From Escherichia coli (GTDB taxonomy: Bacteria; Pseudomonadota; Gammaproteobacteria; Enterobacterales; Enterobacteriaceae), in the NCBI RefSeq assembly GCF_003790525.1, contig NZ_CP033635.1: DNA of 64,000 nucleotides, one strand, 5' to 3'. How positions within the stretch are numbered: the stretch's first letter is position 1; every line of letters begins with the position of its first letter. The translations under genes were made by a program, and so were the position numbers. The notes beneath the pieces were generated by a model. It had not been told where the DNA came from, did not search any database, and saw only the letters and a program-made list of their open reading frames with translations. This document shows positions 31,421 to 43,497 of this stretch, one piece after another.

Positions 31421-32685
31421 TAAGCTTCAGCCGCCAGCATCTCTTTCTTACGTTGGCTAATACGCTTAACCAGCATTACGGAAACCACCGCACCACAGAA
31501 TGCGAAGCAGGCCATAATGCCAAACACGATTTTGTAGCCAATAATCCCCGGATTTAAATCCAGAATGTAGCCATACAGACTGAAGCAGAACATCGCCGGG
31601 GCGTAACCAATAAAGCTACCCAACGCCATCGCCGCGCCTGTTTTATTTTCAGCAATTTTTGCTTCGCCGATAGGTGCAAAAAATACGGCTCGCTGTGTAA
31701 AGACTATCGCGCCAAAGCCCAGCGTACATGCCATCCCTAAATAGACCGGCATACTTTCGTGCGGCAGCATAATCAACAGTACGAGCGCAGCGGTACTGAT
31801 GATAAAGGTGTAGCATAGATATTTACTCGGCGATTTCAGGATCTTATCTGAAATCATGCCACCAATCGGTCCACCAATCATTTTCAGACAGTATTGGTTA
31901 ATGATGCCGTAAGCCCCCACCAGCGCAACAGGCAATAGATAGATGTTTTTCAGGAATGGAATGAAGAATGTCAGGCCACAGTAAACCGCGTAAACGAAGA
32001 AGACGTTGAAAGCGATAAGCCAGATAGTTTTGTCTTTCAGCACCGAGGTCATACTGGTGTTTTTCGATGCTCCGTCTTCTTTTTTCACCTCAACGGACGG
32101 TGCCTCTTCTTTGTCATTCAGAACAAAGAAAATGATAATGCCTACGGCAATCACAATAAGGGAATAGAACCAGATGCCTGCTTTAAAACCCAATAAGCCA
32201 CTGCCAAACCAGGTAAATACTGCCAACGCAGAAAATGCCACCACGGTATCGACAATGCCACGCCCTGTTTCGAAGAAGCCAAACAACCGACCTTGTTGTT
32301 CGCTATTGCCCAATCGACTTACCGACTTGAGCAAGACCGGCCAGTTCATCATGTCGCAAGTAACGCCAAATAGCGCCCAGACAAAGAGGATGCCCCAATA
32401 CCCCGGCATTGTCGTCAAATAAACACCCAGTAATCCTGTCGCAATGAGTGAGAATGACATGGTGTATCTGCGCGGTAGTTTATCGGCAAAATAAATAGAC
32501 AGAAAAAAGCCCACTGTCGTGACAAATGAGTTTACCGACATAGCATTACCAATTTGACCATTGGTCAAATGGAAATATTCCTGCATCGGGATATAAAACG
32601 CATCTTTCAGCGACGGTAATTTATAAATTGTACCGCCACACAGTGTTAATAGACTAAATAACGCCCATTTCTTTTTCGTGAGCAT
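31420..32685 (-). CDS. yihN: MFS transporter YihN
   Basis: 421-aa polytopic membrane protein. Synteny. Confidence 0.9.
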   Translation of the reverse strand: MLTKKKWALFSLLTLCGGTIYKLPSLKDAFYIPMQEYFHLTNGQIGNAMSVNSFVTTVGFFLSIYFADKLPRRYTMSFSLIATGLLGVYLTTMPGYWGILFVWALFGVTCDMMNWPVLLKSVSRLGNSEQQGRLFGFFETGRGIVDTVVAFSALAVFTWFGSGLLGFKAGIWFYSLIVIAVGIIIFFVLNDKEEAPSVEVKKEDGASKNTSMTSVLKDKTIWLIAFNVFFVYAVYCGLTFFIPFLKNIYLLPVALVGAYGIINQYCLKMIGGPIGGMISDKILKSPSKYLCYTFIISTAALVLLIMLPHESMPVYLGMACTLGFGAIVFTQRAVFFAPIGEAKIAENKTGAAMALGSFIGYAPAMFCFSLYGYILDLNPGIIGYKIVFGIMACFAFCGAVVSVMLVKRISQRKKEMLAAEA

Positions 32686-32786
32686 AACATCCCCTAAGCG
32701 ATTTTTAAAATCACTGTTTTAAAGGCAATAAGATACCGACCATTCATATGGAATGGTTTTATTAACAGCGTATGAGTTAAAACTTA

Positions 32787-33767
32787 TTAGTGGTTCAGAA
32801 GATGGTTTGCCTCTTGTTTGATTTGTTGTAGTACGTTACGCACATGATTTATCTGATTAATTGCATCTTCTTTTTCTTTACGTAACCGCGCATCCAGTAA
32901 ATGATTTTCTGGCAATGGTGTTTCACTCATCTGGCGATAAGGGATCCACGGATTATCATCTTCGTCTTCAAAGCGGAACGCCGGCGCATAGTAATCAACC
33001 TCTTCTTCCAGGCCATATGCCGTCACCTGCGGCTCATCATCACCCAGGCAGATAAGGTGCGTTAATAACGCTTTGAACGGCATATCACCCTGACCTGAAA
33101 TACAGGCTTTATGACCCAGGCCACCCTCTTCTTTAACGATCAAGGCATCTTTGATATGGACCTGGGTAATATGCGGTGCCATCGTTTTTAAAGCGTCGAT
33201 GGGATGCTCATTTGCATTGATCATGTTCGCAAAATCAAACAGTAAGGAAAGAGATTCCATCTCACTTTCTTTGACCAGCGACACCAGCTCATGGCTTTTT
33301 AAATCTTCATGCTGTTCGATCGTAAAAGTCAGGCCGCTGTCCTGATACGTTTCTCGTACATAGGCAATGTCGTTAGCGATAATCGATAATACATCGCGCA
33401 AATTACCTTCATAACGCGGATAAAAACGTACGGAGGATGCCCCAGTTTTCAACGCGATGGCGACGGCTTCGTCAATAGATTTTTTATCTGAGGCGCTGGT
33501 TTCAATATGAATATCAAGGTTCAGACGGCGGGCTTTATCCCCAAAGGCAGAGAGTTCTTTATCGTCCATATTACCAAGAGAAAAACGCTCTCCATCCAGA
33601 ACATGGATTTTGACGCCACGTAGATTATTTTCACTTGCGATATCAAGTAAATCAGCAGGCAACACTCTTTCCAGTCGCATATTTAAATGAAAGGCATAAG
33701 CATGTAAATAAAGAGGAAGAGTGTCGACACGTTGTAGAATCTTTCTTGCGTTATTTATTGTCACCAT
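32787..33767 (-). CDS. yihM: Sugar-phosphate isomerase/epimerase (TIM-barrel xylose-isomerase-like) YihM
   Basis: 326 aa. Synteny. Confidence 0.85.
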   Translation of the reverse strand: MVTINNARKILQRVDTLPLYLHAYAFHLNMRLERVLPADLLDIASENNLRGVKIHVLDGERFSLGNMDDKELSAFGDKARRLNLDIHIETSASDKKSIDEAVAIALKTGASSVRFYPRYEGNLRDVLSIIANDIAYVRETYQDSGLTFTIEQHEDLKSHELVSLVKESEMESLSLLFDFANMINANEHPIDALKTMAPHITQVHIKDALIVKEEGGLGHKACISGQGDMPFKALLTHLICLGDDEPQVTAYGLEEEVDYYAPAFRFEDEDDNPWIPYRQMSETPLPENHLLDARLRKEKEDAINQINHVRNVLQQIKQEANHLLNH

Positions 33768-33774
33768 AAAACAC

Positions 33775-34485
33775 CTACAGATTAATGATGAGGTCTACGG
33801 CCTCAAATCGCCAATATTCAATATCTATCTGGACAATATTGCCCTGCTGGTCGGCGCGATGCTTTTCAATTAAGATCGCTGGCATACCCGCAGAACCGCC
33901 AAGATACTTGCTGATATCGCCCGGCATTCTGACGGGTTTGAAAATCAATTTTTTTACTACCGTCTCTTTTTGGTAGCACTTTTCCCAGACTGCAGAAAAT
34001 GAGTGGTTTTCAAGTTGTTCAATAAAACCCGGGGCAACTTCAGGATTAATATATGTTTCGTGATAGAAAACTTTATGTCCTTCCAGCGCCCCCCAGCCGG
34101 TGATGCGATAGAGTTCAGTTGATGGTGTCACTGCAATCAGTGGCGCGAGCGTCTCGGGAATATCGCTGGTACGGTTTTTCTCGGTAAACCCCCAGGAAGG
34201 CTCTCGTCCTTGCTCAATTGCGGCCCGCTGAAAGCTCGCTGACAGCTCCGGACTGTAATTAAATCGCGGCTGGGTCACGAACCACCCCTTACGATCCTTA
34301 CGGAAGATTTTGGATTCTGCCTCGAGGTTCAACAACGCCTGGCGCAGCGTCATACGTTTAATGCCCAGCAGTTCTCCCAGCTCTCTTTCTGAAGGGAGTT
34401 TTCCACCCGGCGTGGTGATGCCATCTTTCAACCACCGATCCAGTTTCTCTTTTGCATTTTCTACGGTGGATTGATTCTCCGCCAT
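33775..34485 (-). CDS. yihL: GntR-family transcriptional regulator YihL
   Basis: 236 aa with an N-terminal GntR HTH and a UTRA-like C-terminus. Confidence 0.85.
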   Translation of the reverse strand: MAENQSTVENAKEKLDRWLKDGITTPGGKLPSERELGELLGIKRMTLRQALLNLEAESKIFRKDRKGWFVTQPRFNYSPELSASFQRAAIEQGREPSWGFTEKNRTSDIPETLAPLIAVTPSTELYRITGWGALEGHKVFYHETYINPEVAPGFIEQLENHSFSAVWEKCYQKETVVKKLIFKPVRMPGDISKYLGGSAGMPAILIEKHRADQQGNIVQIDIEYWRFEAVDLIINL

Positions 34486-34701
34486 TGTTTAATCCTTTTG
34501 GTTTAAACCAGATGAAGCATCTTACGCTTACGCCAAAAAAGAAAGCAATTAACGGTGTATGACTTTGCAGATAATTGTGACAAAGCTCTCTATTGACGTA
34601 ATCACAGACTTATAAGGGAGATACTCGCATTGGTGTGCGCTCACGACAGGTAAAAAAAAACCTGCCAGCGATGGCAGGTTTTTTATAACTAAAAAACGAA
34701 A

Positions 34702-36525
34702 TTAATCGTCTTTCGGTGCGCGGTTGGCGCGACGACGATCGTTTTCCGTCAGGTGACGTTTACGAATACGGATAGAGGTCGGAGTCACTTCTACCAGTTC
34801 GTCATCATCGATGAACTCCAGAGCTTGTTCCAGAGTCATGCGGATAGGCGGAACCAGAACAACGGCTTCGTCAGTACCGGAAGCACGCATGTTGGTCAGT
34901 TTCTTACCGGTCAGGCAGTTTACAGTCAGGTCGTTAGAGCGGCTATGAATACCGATAATCTGACCTTCGTAAACTTCTGCACCGTGACCGAGGAACAGCT
35001 TACCGCGATCTTGCAGACCGAACAGCGCGAACGCGACCGCTTTACCCTGACCGTTAGAGATCAGTACGCCGTTCTGACGCTGACCCACTTCACCCGGACG
35101 TACGTCGTCGTAGTGGCTGAAGGTGGAGTACAGCAGACCAGTACCGGAAGTCATGGTCATGAACTCAGAACGGAAGCCAATCAGACCACGGCTTGGGATC
35201 ACGTAGTCGAGACGTACGCGGCCTTTACCGTCTGGATTCATGTTTTTCAGGTCGCCTTTACGTTCGCCCAGCGCCTGCATTACAGAACCCTGATGCTGTT
35301 CTTCAACGTCCAGAGTCACGTTTTCATACGGCTCTTGTTTACGACCGTCGATTTCACGGAAGATAACTTTCGGACGGGATACCGCCAGTTCGAAACCTTC
35401 ACGACGCATGTTTTCGATCAGAACAGACAGGTGCAGTTCGCCACGACCAGAAACGCGGAACGCATCGGCGTCTTCGGTTTCTTCTACGCGCAGCGCAACG
35501 TTGTGTACCAGTTCTTTGTTCAGACGATCCAGGATCTGACGAGACGTTACGAACTTACCTTCTTTACCGCAGAACGGCGAGGTGTTAACGCAGAAGAACA
35601 TAGAAACGGTCGGCTCATCAACGGAGAGTGCCGGCAGCGCTTCAACGTTTTGCGTGTCGCAAACGGTGTCAGAAATGTTCAGTTCGCCAAGGCCCGTGAT
35701 CGCAACGATATCGCCAGCTTCCGCCAGATCGGTTTCGATACGTTCCAGACCGAGGTGGCCCAGCACTTTACCGACTTTCGCGTTGCGGGTTTTGCCTTCG
35801 CTATCGATGATAGTGACCTGCTGGTTCGGCTTCACTTTACCGCGCTTGATGCGGCCAATGCCGATAACGCCAACATAGCTGTTGTAATCGAGCTGAGAAA
35901 TCTGCATCTGGAACGGACCGTCAAGGTCAACGTCCGGCGCAGGAACGTGGTCAACAATCGCCTGGTACAGCGGGGTCATGTCTTCCGCCATATCTTCGTG
36001 GTCCAGACCCGCGATACCGTTCAGCGCAGAAGCGTAAACGATCGGGAAGTCCAGCTGCTCGTCGGTCGCGTCGAGGTTAACGAACAGATCGAATACCTGA
36101 TCCACAACCCAATCAGGACGCGCGCCAGGGCGGTCAACTTTGTTGATAACAACAATCGGCTTCAGGCCGTAAGCAAACGCTTTTTTGGTTACGAAGCGCG
36201 TTTGCGGCATCGGGCCGTCAAATGCGTCAACCACCAGCAGCACTGAATCTACCATGGACATTACACGTTCAACTTCACCACCGAAGTCGGCGTGCCCCGG
36301 GGTATCAACGATGTTGATACGGTAATCATTCCATTTGATAGCGGTGTTTTTCGCGAGGATGGTAATCCCACGCTCTTTCTCCAAATCGTTGGAGTCCATC
36401 ACGCGCTCTTGGGTTTCGGCACGAGAGTCGAACGTACCGGATTGTTGGAGCAGCTTGTCTACCAGGGTGGTTTTACCATGGTCTACGTGCGCGATGATGG
36501 CGATATTACGCAATTTTTCGATCAC
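34702..36525 (-). CDS. typA: Ribosome-associated translational GTPase BipA/TypA
   Basis: 607 aa. G1 [10 protein letters not shown]3 DTPGH, G4 NKVD. EF-G-like architecture. Confidence 0.97.
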   Translation of the reverse strand: MIEKLRNIAIIAHVDHGKTTLVDKLLQQSGTFDSRAETQERVMDSNDLEKERGITILAKNTAIKWNDYRINIVDTPGHADFGGEVERVMSMVDSVLLVVDAFDGPMPQTRFVTKKAFAYGLKPIVVINKVDRPGARPDWVVDQVFDLFVNLDATDEQLDFPIVYASALNGIAGLDHEDMAEDMTPLYQAIVDHVPAPDVDLDGPFQMQISQLDYNSYVGVIGIGRIKRGKVKPNQQVTIIDSEGKTRNAKVGKVLGHLGLERIETDLAEAGDIVAITGLGELNISDTVCDTQNVEALPALSVDEPTVSMFFCVNTSPFCGKEGKFVTSRQILDRLNKELVHNVALRVEETEDADAFRVSGRGELHLSVLIENMRREGFELAVSRPKVIFREIDGRKQEPYENVTLDVEEQHQGSVMQALGERKGDLKNMNPDGKGRVRLDYVIPSRGLIGFRSEFMTMTSGTGLLYSTFSHYDDVRPGEVGQRQNGVLISNGQGKAVAFALFGLQDRGKLFLGHGAEVYEGQIIGIHSRSNDLTVNCLTGKKLTNMRASGTDEAVVLVPPIRMTLEQALEFIDDDELVEVTPTSIRIRKRHLTENDRRRANRAPKDD

Positions 36526-36676
36526 AACTTTGCCTCAGGCATTAGAAATAGCGCGTTATTGTACACGGATTAATCGCACTACAAAACAGGATCACAAACA
36601 TCCTCCGCAAACAAGTATTGCAGAGTCCCTTTGTGATCGCTTTCACGGAGCATAAAAAGGGTTATCCAAAGGTCAT

Positions 36677-36759
36677 TGCACCAATATGGTGCTTAATGTT
36701 TCCATTGAAGCACTATATTGGTGCAACATTCACATCATGGTGCAGCCCTTTTGCACGAT
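36677..36759 (+). promoter_or_regulatory. NtrC (NRI) enhancer binding sites upstream of glnA
   Basis: TGCACCAATATGGTGCT (36677-36693), GCACTATATTGGTGCA (36710-36725) and TGGTGCAGCCCTTTTGCACGAT (36738-36759) match the TGCACCA-N3-TGGTGCA consensus. Confidence 0.8.
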
Positions 36760-36797
36760 GTTAAGCATGATAACGCCTTTTAGGGGCAATTTAAAAG

Positions 36798-36817
36798 TTG
36801 GCACAGTTTTCGCTTTA
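36798..36817 (+). promoter_or_regulatory. sigma54 promoter glnAp2
   Basis: TTGGCACAGTTTTCGCTTTA has the -24 GG / -12 GC spacing of the RpoN consensus TGGCAC-N5-TTGCA. Confidence 0.8.
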
Positions 36818-36897
36818 TCTTTTTTACGGCGACACGGCCAAAATAATTGCAGATTTCGTTACCACGACGACCATGACCAATCCAGGAGAGTTAAAGT

Positions 36898-38307
36898 ATG
36901 TCCGCTGAACACGTACTGACGATGCTGAACGAGCACGAAGTGAAGTTTGTTGATTTGCGCTTCACCGATACCAAAGGTAAAGAACAGCACGTCACTATCC
37001 CTGCTCATCAGGTGAATGCCGAATTCTTCGAAGAAGGCAAAATGTTTGACGGCTCCTCGATTGGCGGCTGGAAAGGCATTAATGAATCCGATATGGTGCT
37101 GATGCCAGACGCATCCACCGCAGTGATTGACCCGTTCTTCGCCGATTCTACCCTGATTATCCGTTGCGACATCCTTGAACCTGGCACCCTGCAAGGCTAT
37201 GACCGTGACCCGCGCTCTATTGCGAAGCGCGCCGAAGATTACCTGCGTTCTACTGGCATTGCCGACACCGTACTGTTCGGGCCAGAACCTGAATTCTTCC
37301 TGTTCGATGACATCCGTTTCGGATCGTCTATCTCCGGTTCCCACGTTGCTATCGACGATATCGAAGGTGCATGGAACTCCTCCACCCAATACGAAGGTGG
37401 TAACAAAGGTCACCGTCCGGCAGTGAAAGGCGGTTACTTCCCGGTTCCGCCGGTAGACTCTGCTCAGGATATTCGTTCTGAAATGTGTCTGGTGATGGAA
37501 CAGATGGGTCTGGTGGTTGAAGCCCATCACCACGAAGTAGCGACTGCTGGTCAGAACGAAGTGGCTACCCGCTTCAATACCATGACCAAAAAAGCTGACG
37601 AAATTCAGATCTACAAATATGTTGTGCACAACGTAGCGCACCGCTTCGGTAAAACTGCGACCTTTATGCCAAAACCGATGTTCGGTGATAACGGTTCCGG
37701 TATGCACTGCCACATGTCGCTGTCTAAAAACGGCGTCAACCTGTTCGCAGGCGACAAATACGCAGGTCTGTCTGAGCAGGCGCTGTACTATATTGGCGGC
37801 GTAATCAAACACGCGAAAGCGATTAATGCCCTGGCAAACCCGACCACCAACTCTTACAAGCGTCTGGTCCCGGGCTACGAAGCACCGGTAATGCTGGCTT
37901 ACTCTGCGCGTAACCGTTCTGCGTCTATCCGTATTCCGGTGGTTTCTTCTCCGAAAGCACGTCGTATCGAAGTACGTTTCCCGGACCCGGCGGCTAACCC
38001 GTACCTGTGTTTTGCTGCCCTGCTGATGGCCGGTCTTGACGGTATCAAGAACAAGATCCATCCGGGCGAAGCCATGGACAAAAACCTGTATGACCTGCCG
38101 CCGGAAGAAGCGAAAGAGATCCCACAGGTTGCTGGTTCTCTGGAAGAAGCACTGAACGAACTGGATCTGGACCGCGAGTTCCTGAAAGCCGGTGGCGTGT
38201 TCACTGATGAAGCGATCGATGCGTACATCGCTCTGCGTCGCGAAGAAGATGACCGTGTGCGTATGACTCCGCATCCGGTAGAGTTTGAGCTGTACTACAG
38301 CGTCTAA
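36898..38307 (+). CDS. glnA: Glutamine synthetase
   Basis: 469 aa, [24 protein letters not shown].., with an adenylylation-site Tyr region. Confidence 0.98.
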
Positions 38308-38367
38308 TAGTTGAAGTTGTACTACCCGGCGCAACAACGCTGGGATTTAGTTGCCGTGGAAACTTTC

Positions 38368-38395
38368 AGCCCATCTCTGCATGGGCTTTTTTCTC
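38368..38395 (+). terminator. glnA terminator hairpin
   Basis: cagcccatctctgcatgggc followed by ttttttct. Confidence 0.7.
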
Positions 38396-38433
38396 CGTCA
38401 ATTCTCTGATGCTTCGCGCTTTTTATCCGTAAA

Positions 38434-38450
38434 AAGCTATAATGCACTAA
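38434..38450 (+). promoter_or_regulatory. glnLp region with an overlapping NtrC operator
   Basis: TGCACTAAAATGGTGCA directly follows a tataat -10 hexamer. Confidence 0.65.
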
Positions 38451-38480
38451 AATGGTGCAACCTGTTCAGGAGACTGCTTT

Positions 38481-39530
38481 ATGGCAACAGGCACGCAGCC
38501 CGATGCTGGGCAGATCCTCAACTCGCTGATTAACAGTATTTTGTTAATTGATGACAATCTGGCGATCCATTACGCCAACCCCGCCGCGCAACAACTGCTC
38601 GCCCAAAGCTCCCGCAAATTGTTTGGTACGCCGTTACCGGAACTGTTGAGCTACTTCTCATTAAATATCGAGCTGATGCAAGAAAGTCTGGAGGCGGGGC
38701 AAGGCTTTACCGATAACGAAGTGACGCTGGTCATCGACGGGCGCTCGCATATCCTTTCTGTGACGGCTCAGCGTATGCCGGACGGCATGATCCTGCTGGA
38801 GATGGCACCGATGGATAACCAGCGCCGCTTAAGTCAGGAACAGCTACAGCACGCCCAGCAGGTTGCTGCCCGTGATTTAGTGCGCGGCCTGGCACATGAG
38901 ATTAAAAATCCGCTTGGCGGTTTACGTGGCGCGGCGCAGCTGCTCAGCAAAGCATTACCTGACCCGTCACTACTCGAATATACCAAAGTGATTATCGAAC
39001 AGGCGGACCGGCTGCGAAATCTGGTCGACCGTCTGTTGGGGCCGCAGCTGCCCGGTACGCGTATTACCGAAAGTATTCACAAAGTGGCTGAACGCGTGGT
39101 GACGCTGGTGTCGATGGAACTGCCGAGCAACGTGCGGTTGATTCGGGATTACGACCCCAGCCTGCCGGAACTGGCGCACGACCCGGATCAAATTGAACAG
39201 GTCTTGCTGAATATTGTGCGCAATGCGCTACAGGCGCTGGGGCCGGAGGGTGGTGAAATCATTCTGCGTACCCGCACCGCGTTTCAACTGACCTTACACG
39301 GCGAGCGTTATCGGCTGGCGGCGCGAATTGATGTGGAAGATAACGGGCCAGGTATTCCGCCTCATTTGCAGGATACGCTGTTTTACCCGATGGTCAGCGG
39401 CCGCGAAGGTGGCACCGGGCTTGGCTTATCCATCGCCCGTAATTTGATTGATCAGCATTCAGGCAAAATTGAATTTACCAGTTGGCCAGGTCATACCGAG
39501 TTCTCGGTTTACCTGCCTATCAGGAAATAA
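38481..39530 (+). CDS. glnL: Nitrogen-regulation sensor histidine kinase NtrB (NRII)
   Basis: 349 aa. H-box [11 protein letters not shown] boxes. Confidence 0.97.
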   Translation: MATGTQPDAGQILNSLINSILLIDDNLAIHYANPAAQQLLAQSSRKLFGTPLPELLSYFSLNIELMQESLEAGQGFTDNEVTLVIDGRSHILSVTAQRMPDGMILLEMAPMDNQRRLSQEQLQHAQQVAARDLVRGLAHEIKNPLGGLRGAAQLLSKALPDPSLLEYTKVIIEQADRLRNLVDRLLGPQLPGTRITESIHKVAERVVTLVSMELPSNVRLIRDYDPSLPELAHDPDQIEQVLLNIVRNALQALGPEGGEIILRTRTAFQLTLHGERYRLAARIDVEDNGPGIPPHLQDTLFYPMVSGREGGTGLGLSIARNLIDQHSGKIEFTSWPGHTEFSVYLPIRK

Positions 39531-39541
39531 AGGTGACGTTT

Positions 39542-40951
39542 ATGCAACGAGGGATAGTCTGGGTAGTCGATGACGATAGTTCCATCCGTTGGGTGCTTGA
39601 ACGTGCGCTCGCTGGAGCGGGTTTAACCTGTACGACATTTGAGAACGGCGCGGAAGTACTGGAGGCGCTGGCGAGCAAAACGCCGGATGTGCTGCTTTCA
39701 GATATCCGTATGCCGGGAATGGACGGGCTGGCGCTGCTCAAGCAGATTAAACAGCGCCATCCGATGCTTCCGGTCATCATTATGACCGCACATTCCGATC
39801 TGGATGCTGCCGTCAGCGCCTATCAACAAGGGGCGTTTGATTATCTGCCCAAACCGTTTGATATCGACGAAGCCGTCGCGCTGGTTGAGCGCGCCATCAG
39901 TCATTACCAGGAACAGCAGCAGCCGCGTAATGTTCAGCTTAACGGCCCAACGACCGATATCATCGGCGAAGCGCCAGCCATGCAGGACGTGTTCCGTATT
40001 ATCGGTCGGCTTTCGCGTTCTTCTATTAGCGTGCTGATTAACGGCGAATCCGGCACCGGTAAAGAACTGGTCGCTCATGCCCTGCATCGCCACAGTCCGC
40101 GAGCCAAAGCGCCATTTATCGCGCTGAATATGGCTGCTATCCCGAAGGATTTGATCGAATCAGAACTGTTTGGTCACGAGAAAGGCGCATTTACCGGCGC
40201 GAATACCATTCGTCAGGGGCGTTTTGAACAGGCTGATGGCGGTACATTATTCCTCGATGAAATTGGCGATATGCCGCTGGATGTGCAGACGCGTTTGCTG
40301 CGCGTGCTGGCAGACGGTCAGTTTTATCGCGTTGGCGGCTATGCGCCGGTGAAAGTGGATGTGCGGATTATCGCTGCCACTCACCAGAATCTTGAACAGC
40401 GGGTGCAGGAAGGTAAGTTCCGTGAGGATCTGTTCCACCGCCTGAACGTTATCCGCGTTCATCTGCCGCCATTGCGTGAGCGTCGGGAAGATATTCCCCG
40501 TCTGGCACGCCATTTTTTACAGGTTGCCGCGCGCGAACTGGGCGTAGAAGCGAAGTTGCTGCATCCGGAAACCGAAGCCGCGCTGACGCGCCTGGCGTGG
40601 CCAGGCAACGTGCGCCAGCTGGAAAACACCTGTCGCTGGCTAACGGTGATGGCCGCCGGGCAGGAAGTGTTGATTCAGGATTTGCCCGGTGAACTGTTTG
40701 AATCAACGGTTGCGGAGAGTACTTCGCAAATGCAACCGGACAGTTGGGCGACACTTTTAGCGCAGTGGGCAGACAGAGCGCTGCGTTCCGGTCATCAAAA
40801 CCTGCTTTCCGAAGCGCAGCCTGAGCTGGAGCGGACGTTACTGACGACCGCGTTGCGACATACGCAGGGGCATAAACAGGAAGCGGCGCGGCTACTCGGC
40901 TGGGGCCGCAACACCCTGACGCGTAAGTTAAAAGAGCTAGGGATGGAGTGA
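39542..40951 (+). CDS. glnG: sigma54-dependent response regulator NtrC (NRI)
   Basis: 469 aa from [12 protein letters not shown]. Receiver domain, AAA+ region ([14 protein letters not shown]) and C-terminal HTH. Confidence 0.97.
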   Translation: MQRGIVWVVDDDSSIRWVLERALAGAGLTCTTFENGAEVLEALASKTPDVLLSDIRMPGMDGLALLKQIKQRHPMLPVIIMTAHSDLDAAVSAYQQGAFDYLPKPFDIDEAVALVERAISHYQEQQQPRNVQLNGPTTDIIGEAPAMQDVFRIIGRLSRSSISVLINGESGTGKELVAHALHRHSPRAKAPFIALNMAAIPKDLIESELFGHEKGAFTGANTIRQGRFEQADGGTLFLDEIGDMPLDVQTRLLRVLADGQFYRVGGYAPVKVDVRIIAATHQNLEQRVQEGKFREDLFHRLNVIRVHLPPLRERREDIPRLARHFLQVAARELGVEAKLLHPETEAALTRLAWPGNVRQLENTCRWLTVMAAGQEVLIQDLPGELFESTVAESTSQMQPDSWATLLAQWADRALRSGHQNLLSEAQPELERTLLTTALRHTQGHKQEAARLLGWGRNTLTRKLKELGME

Positions 40952-41062
40952 TTCACGGCTTGTGAGTAAAGATTGATTATTGAGCGCAAATTGCTGGTAT
41001 TTTGCGCTTTACTGTTCCGATAAGTTCAGTATGATCTTGCCCGGAAAACGGGGAGAGTCATT

Positions 41063-41173
41063 ATGCTGGAATCAATAATTAATCTGGTATCGAGTGGCGC
41101 AGTTGACAGCCACACACCACAAACTGCCGTTGCTGCCGTGCTGTGTGCCGCGATGATTGGGCTGTTTAGTTGA
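41063..41173 (+). CDS. yshB: Small protein YshB (36 aa)
   Basis: MLESIINLVSSGAVDSHTPQTAVAAVLCAAMIGLFS* with SD gggagag. Lies between glnG and hemN as in K-12. Confidence 0.7.
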   Translation: MLESIINLVSSGAVDSHTPQTAVAAVLCAAMIGLFS

Positions 41174-41194
41174 GTTTCAGATTGCTGATGAAGT

Positions 41195-41300
41195 GCTCTT
41201 TGTTCATGCCGGATGCGGCGTGAACGCCTTATCCGGCCTGCAAAAGCAATATTTTCAACAGGTTTTGTAGGCCTGATAAGCGTAGCGCATCAGGCAATCT
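41195..41300. repeat. REP/BIME element
   Basis: gccggatgcggcgtgaacgccttatccggcctgc ... gtaggcctgataagcgtagcgcatcaggc. Confidence 0.8.
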
Positions 41301-41362
41301 TGTTCTCAGCACATTGATGGCGCTTTCGTTTTCTACTTTGTAAACGAAGCGCCATTCACTAT

Positions 41363-42736
41363 TTAAATCACCCGTGAGAACTGCTGCATCCGCGCTTTCT
41401 GGCGCAGATAGGTATCAAAGCACATGCAAATGTTGCGGATCAGCAAGCGACCTTTCGCCGTCACCTGAATCCCCTTCTCATCCACATCCACCAGCCCATC
41501 TTTTGCTAACGGGGCGAGCAGCTTGAGATCTTCCGCAAAGTAATCAGCGAAGTGCAAATCCCACTGTTGCTCAATGGGAGCGTAATCCAGACGGAAGTTG
41601 CAGATGAGCGACTTAATCACATCGCGGCGAATACAGTCATCACGCGTTAGCGCAATACCACGCCACAGCGCGTTGCCTTGTTCATCCACTTGCTGATAGT
41701 AGTGCTTCAACTCTTTCTGGTTCTGCGCGTAGCAGTCGCCAATCATACTGATGGCGGAAACGCCCATCCCCAGCAGATCGGTATCGCCCTGAGTGGTGTA
41801 GCCCTGGAAGTTACGATGCAGCACGCCTTCACGCTGGGCCACCGCCAGCTCGTCATCCGGGCGGGCAAAGTGATCCATCCCGATAAACTGATAGCCCGAT
41901 TGCGTCAGGAAGGCAATGGTTTCCTGCAGGATATCGAGTTTTTGCTGCGGACTCGGCAGGTCAGCATCTTTGATTTTGCGCTGAGCAGCAAAAATGGTCG
42001 GCAAATGCGCGTAGTTAAAGACGCTCAGACGATCGGGGTTCAGCTCCGCCACACGTTTCAGGGTAAAGGCAAAACTTTCCGGCGTCTGTTTCGGCAGACC
42101 GTAAATCAGGTCGATGTTGGTGGAGGTAAAGCCAATCTCACGCGCATGGTTAAGCAGTGCAAAGATGAACTCTTCATCCTGCTCGCGGTTAACCAGACGC
42201 TGTACTTCTTTGTTGAAGTCCTGCACGCCCATGCTCAGGCGATTAAAGTCCTCGGCGCGTAAATGATCGAGTACATCCAGTTCGATTTCGCGCGGATCGA
42301 CTTCGATCGAAATCTCCGCATCGGCATTGAACTGGAAGTTTTCGCGCAGCAGCTTCATCAGACGGCTGATTTGCGCTTTGTTCAGATACGTCGGCGTACC
42401 ACCGCCCCAGTGCAGCTGGCTCACCTTGCGCCCGGCAAAAAGCGGTGCACGATGGACGATTTCTTGCTCCAGCGCGTCCAGATACTGATCGGCCTTGTGC
42501 TGCTGGCGAGTAACTATCTTATTGCAACCGCAGAAGTAACAAAGCTTATGGCAGAACGGAATATGTACGTAGAGAGATAATGGACGCTCAGGATAGCGCG
42601 CCACGGCTTGTAAAAACGCCTGTTCGCCGAAGTCTTCTGAAAACTCCAGCGCGGTCGGGTACGAGGTGTATCGTGGCCCGGAATAGTTATATTTCTGGAT
42701 CAGGGCCAGATCCCAGTCGATTTGCTGTACAGACAT
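41363..42736 (-). CDS. hemN: Oxygen-independent coproporphyrinogen III oxidase (radical SAM)
   Basis: 457 aa from MSVQQIDWDL. Radical-SAM motif CHKLCYFCGC. Confidence 0.97.
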   Translation of the reverse strand: MSVQQIDWDLALIQKYNYSGPRYTSYPTALEFSEDFGEQAFLQAVARYPERPLSLYVHIPFCHKLCYFCGCNKIVTRQQHKADQYLDALEQEIVHRAPLFAGRKVSQLHWGGGTPTYLNKAQISRLMKLLRENFQFNADAEISIEVDPREIELDVLDHLRAEDFNRLSMGVQDFNKEVQRLVNREQDEEFIFALLNHAREIGFTSTNIDLIYGLPKQTPESFAFTLKRVAELNPDRLSVFNYAHLPTIFAAQRKIKDADLPSPQQKLDILQETIAFLTQSGYQFIGMDHFARPDDELAVAQREGVLHRNFQGYTTQGDTDLLGMGVSAISMIGDCYAQNQKELKHYYQQVDEQGNALWRGIALTRDDCIRRDVIKSLICNFRLDYAPIEQQWDLHFADYFAEDLKLLAPLAKDGLVDVDEKGIQVTAKGRLLIRNICMCFDTYLRQKARMQQFSRVI

Positions 42737-42924
42737 GCTCACTCCTTCCGATGGCGTCTCTGGCGGCTACGGCGTACCGGCGGATGCCCGTTTCGGGTCA
42801 TCAGCCGGTTGCGCAGCCACTTTTGTCGCCGCGACAACCGCTGTAGTTTAACGAATAACCACACCAGATAACATATAACCGGAAGGGTTATCAGCAGAAC
42901 GGGAAGGCCCACGGCGGCAATCCG

Positions 42925-43434
42925 TTAGTTGCCCCGCAGCAGACGCATCATGTCTTCTTGCTTCTCGTCTTCTTCCTCTTCTTCGTCATCGTCATAAGAG
43001 AGGCCGAGTTTCTGCATCAACTCATCAATACGATCCAGTTTAGCATCCACCCAGGATTGCTCTTCGGCGCTCAGGGTTTCGCCTGCTTCCAGACGTTCCA
43101 GCAGCGCATCCAGACGCTCATCCGTTTCCAGTAATTCCAACTCCGCCTGCGGTGAAAGCATAGGTTTCTCACTCTTCGGTTTGTGCTGTTTGGTGACTTT
43201 TTCAGTCACGCCCAATGGAATAGGGGTTTTACTGCCAATACGTGGATCTTTTGGTGCGTTCTGGCCTTTGCTGCCTGACGAGGTGTTACCGCCCGCTGCG
43301 CGGCTGCCCGGCGCATGACCACGACGTTTTTTCTGACGCTTACGGTCACGAGCTTCCTGATCCAGCTCCTCGCGTGTTTTTCGACGCGCTTTTGCATGAC
43401 CTTTGCTGCGTGAGTTTGAAGATGATGGTTTCAT
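42925..43434 (-). CDS. yihI: Der GTPase-activating protein YihI
   Basis: 169 aa from [13 protein letters not shown].., highly basic N-terminus and acidic C-terminus. The track ORF extends upstream into csrC. Confidence 0.85.
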
Positions 43435-43497
43435 AATGGTTCGTCTTTTAGCCGTTTTATTCAGTATAGATTTGCGGCGGAATCTAACAGAAAGCAA

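Noticed and set aside
34753-36246. 497-aa plus-strand ORF antisense to typA
   Set aside because: typA on the opposite strand has canonical GTPase motifs. The antisense frame is Arg/Val-rich with no motifs.
36859-38337. 492-aa minus-strand ORF antisense to glnA
   Set aside because: Mirror ORF of the highly conserved glnA. No SD, no motifs.
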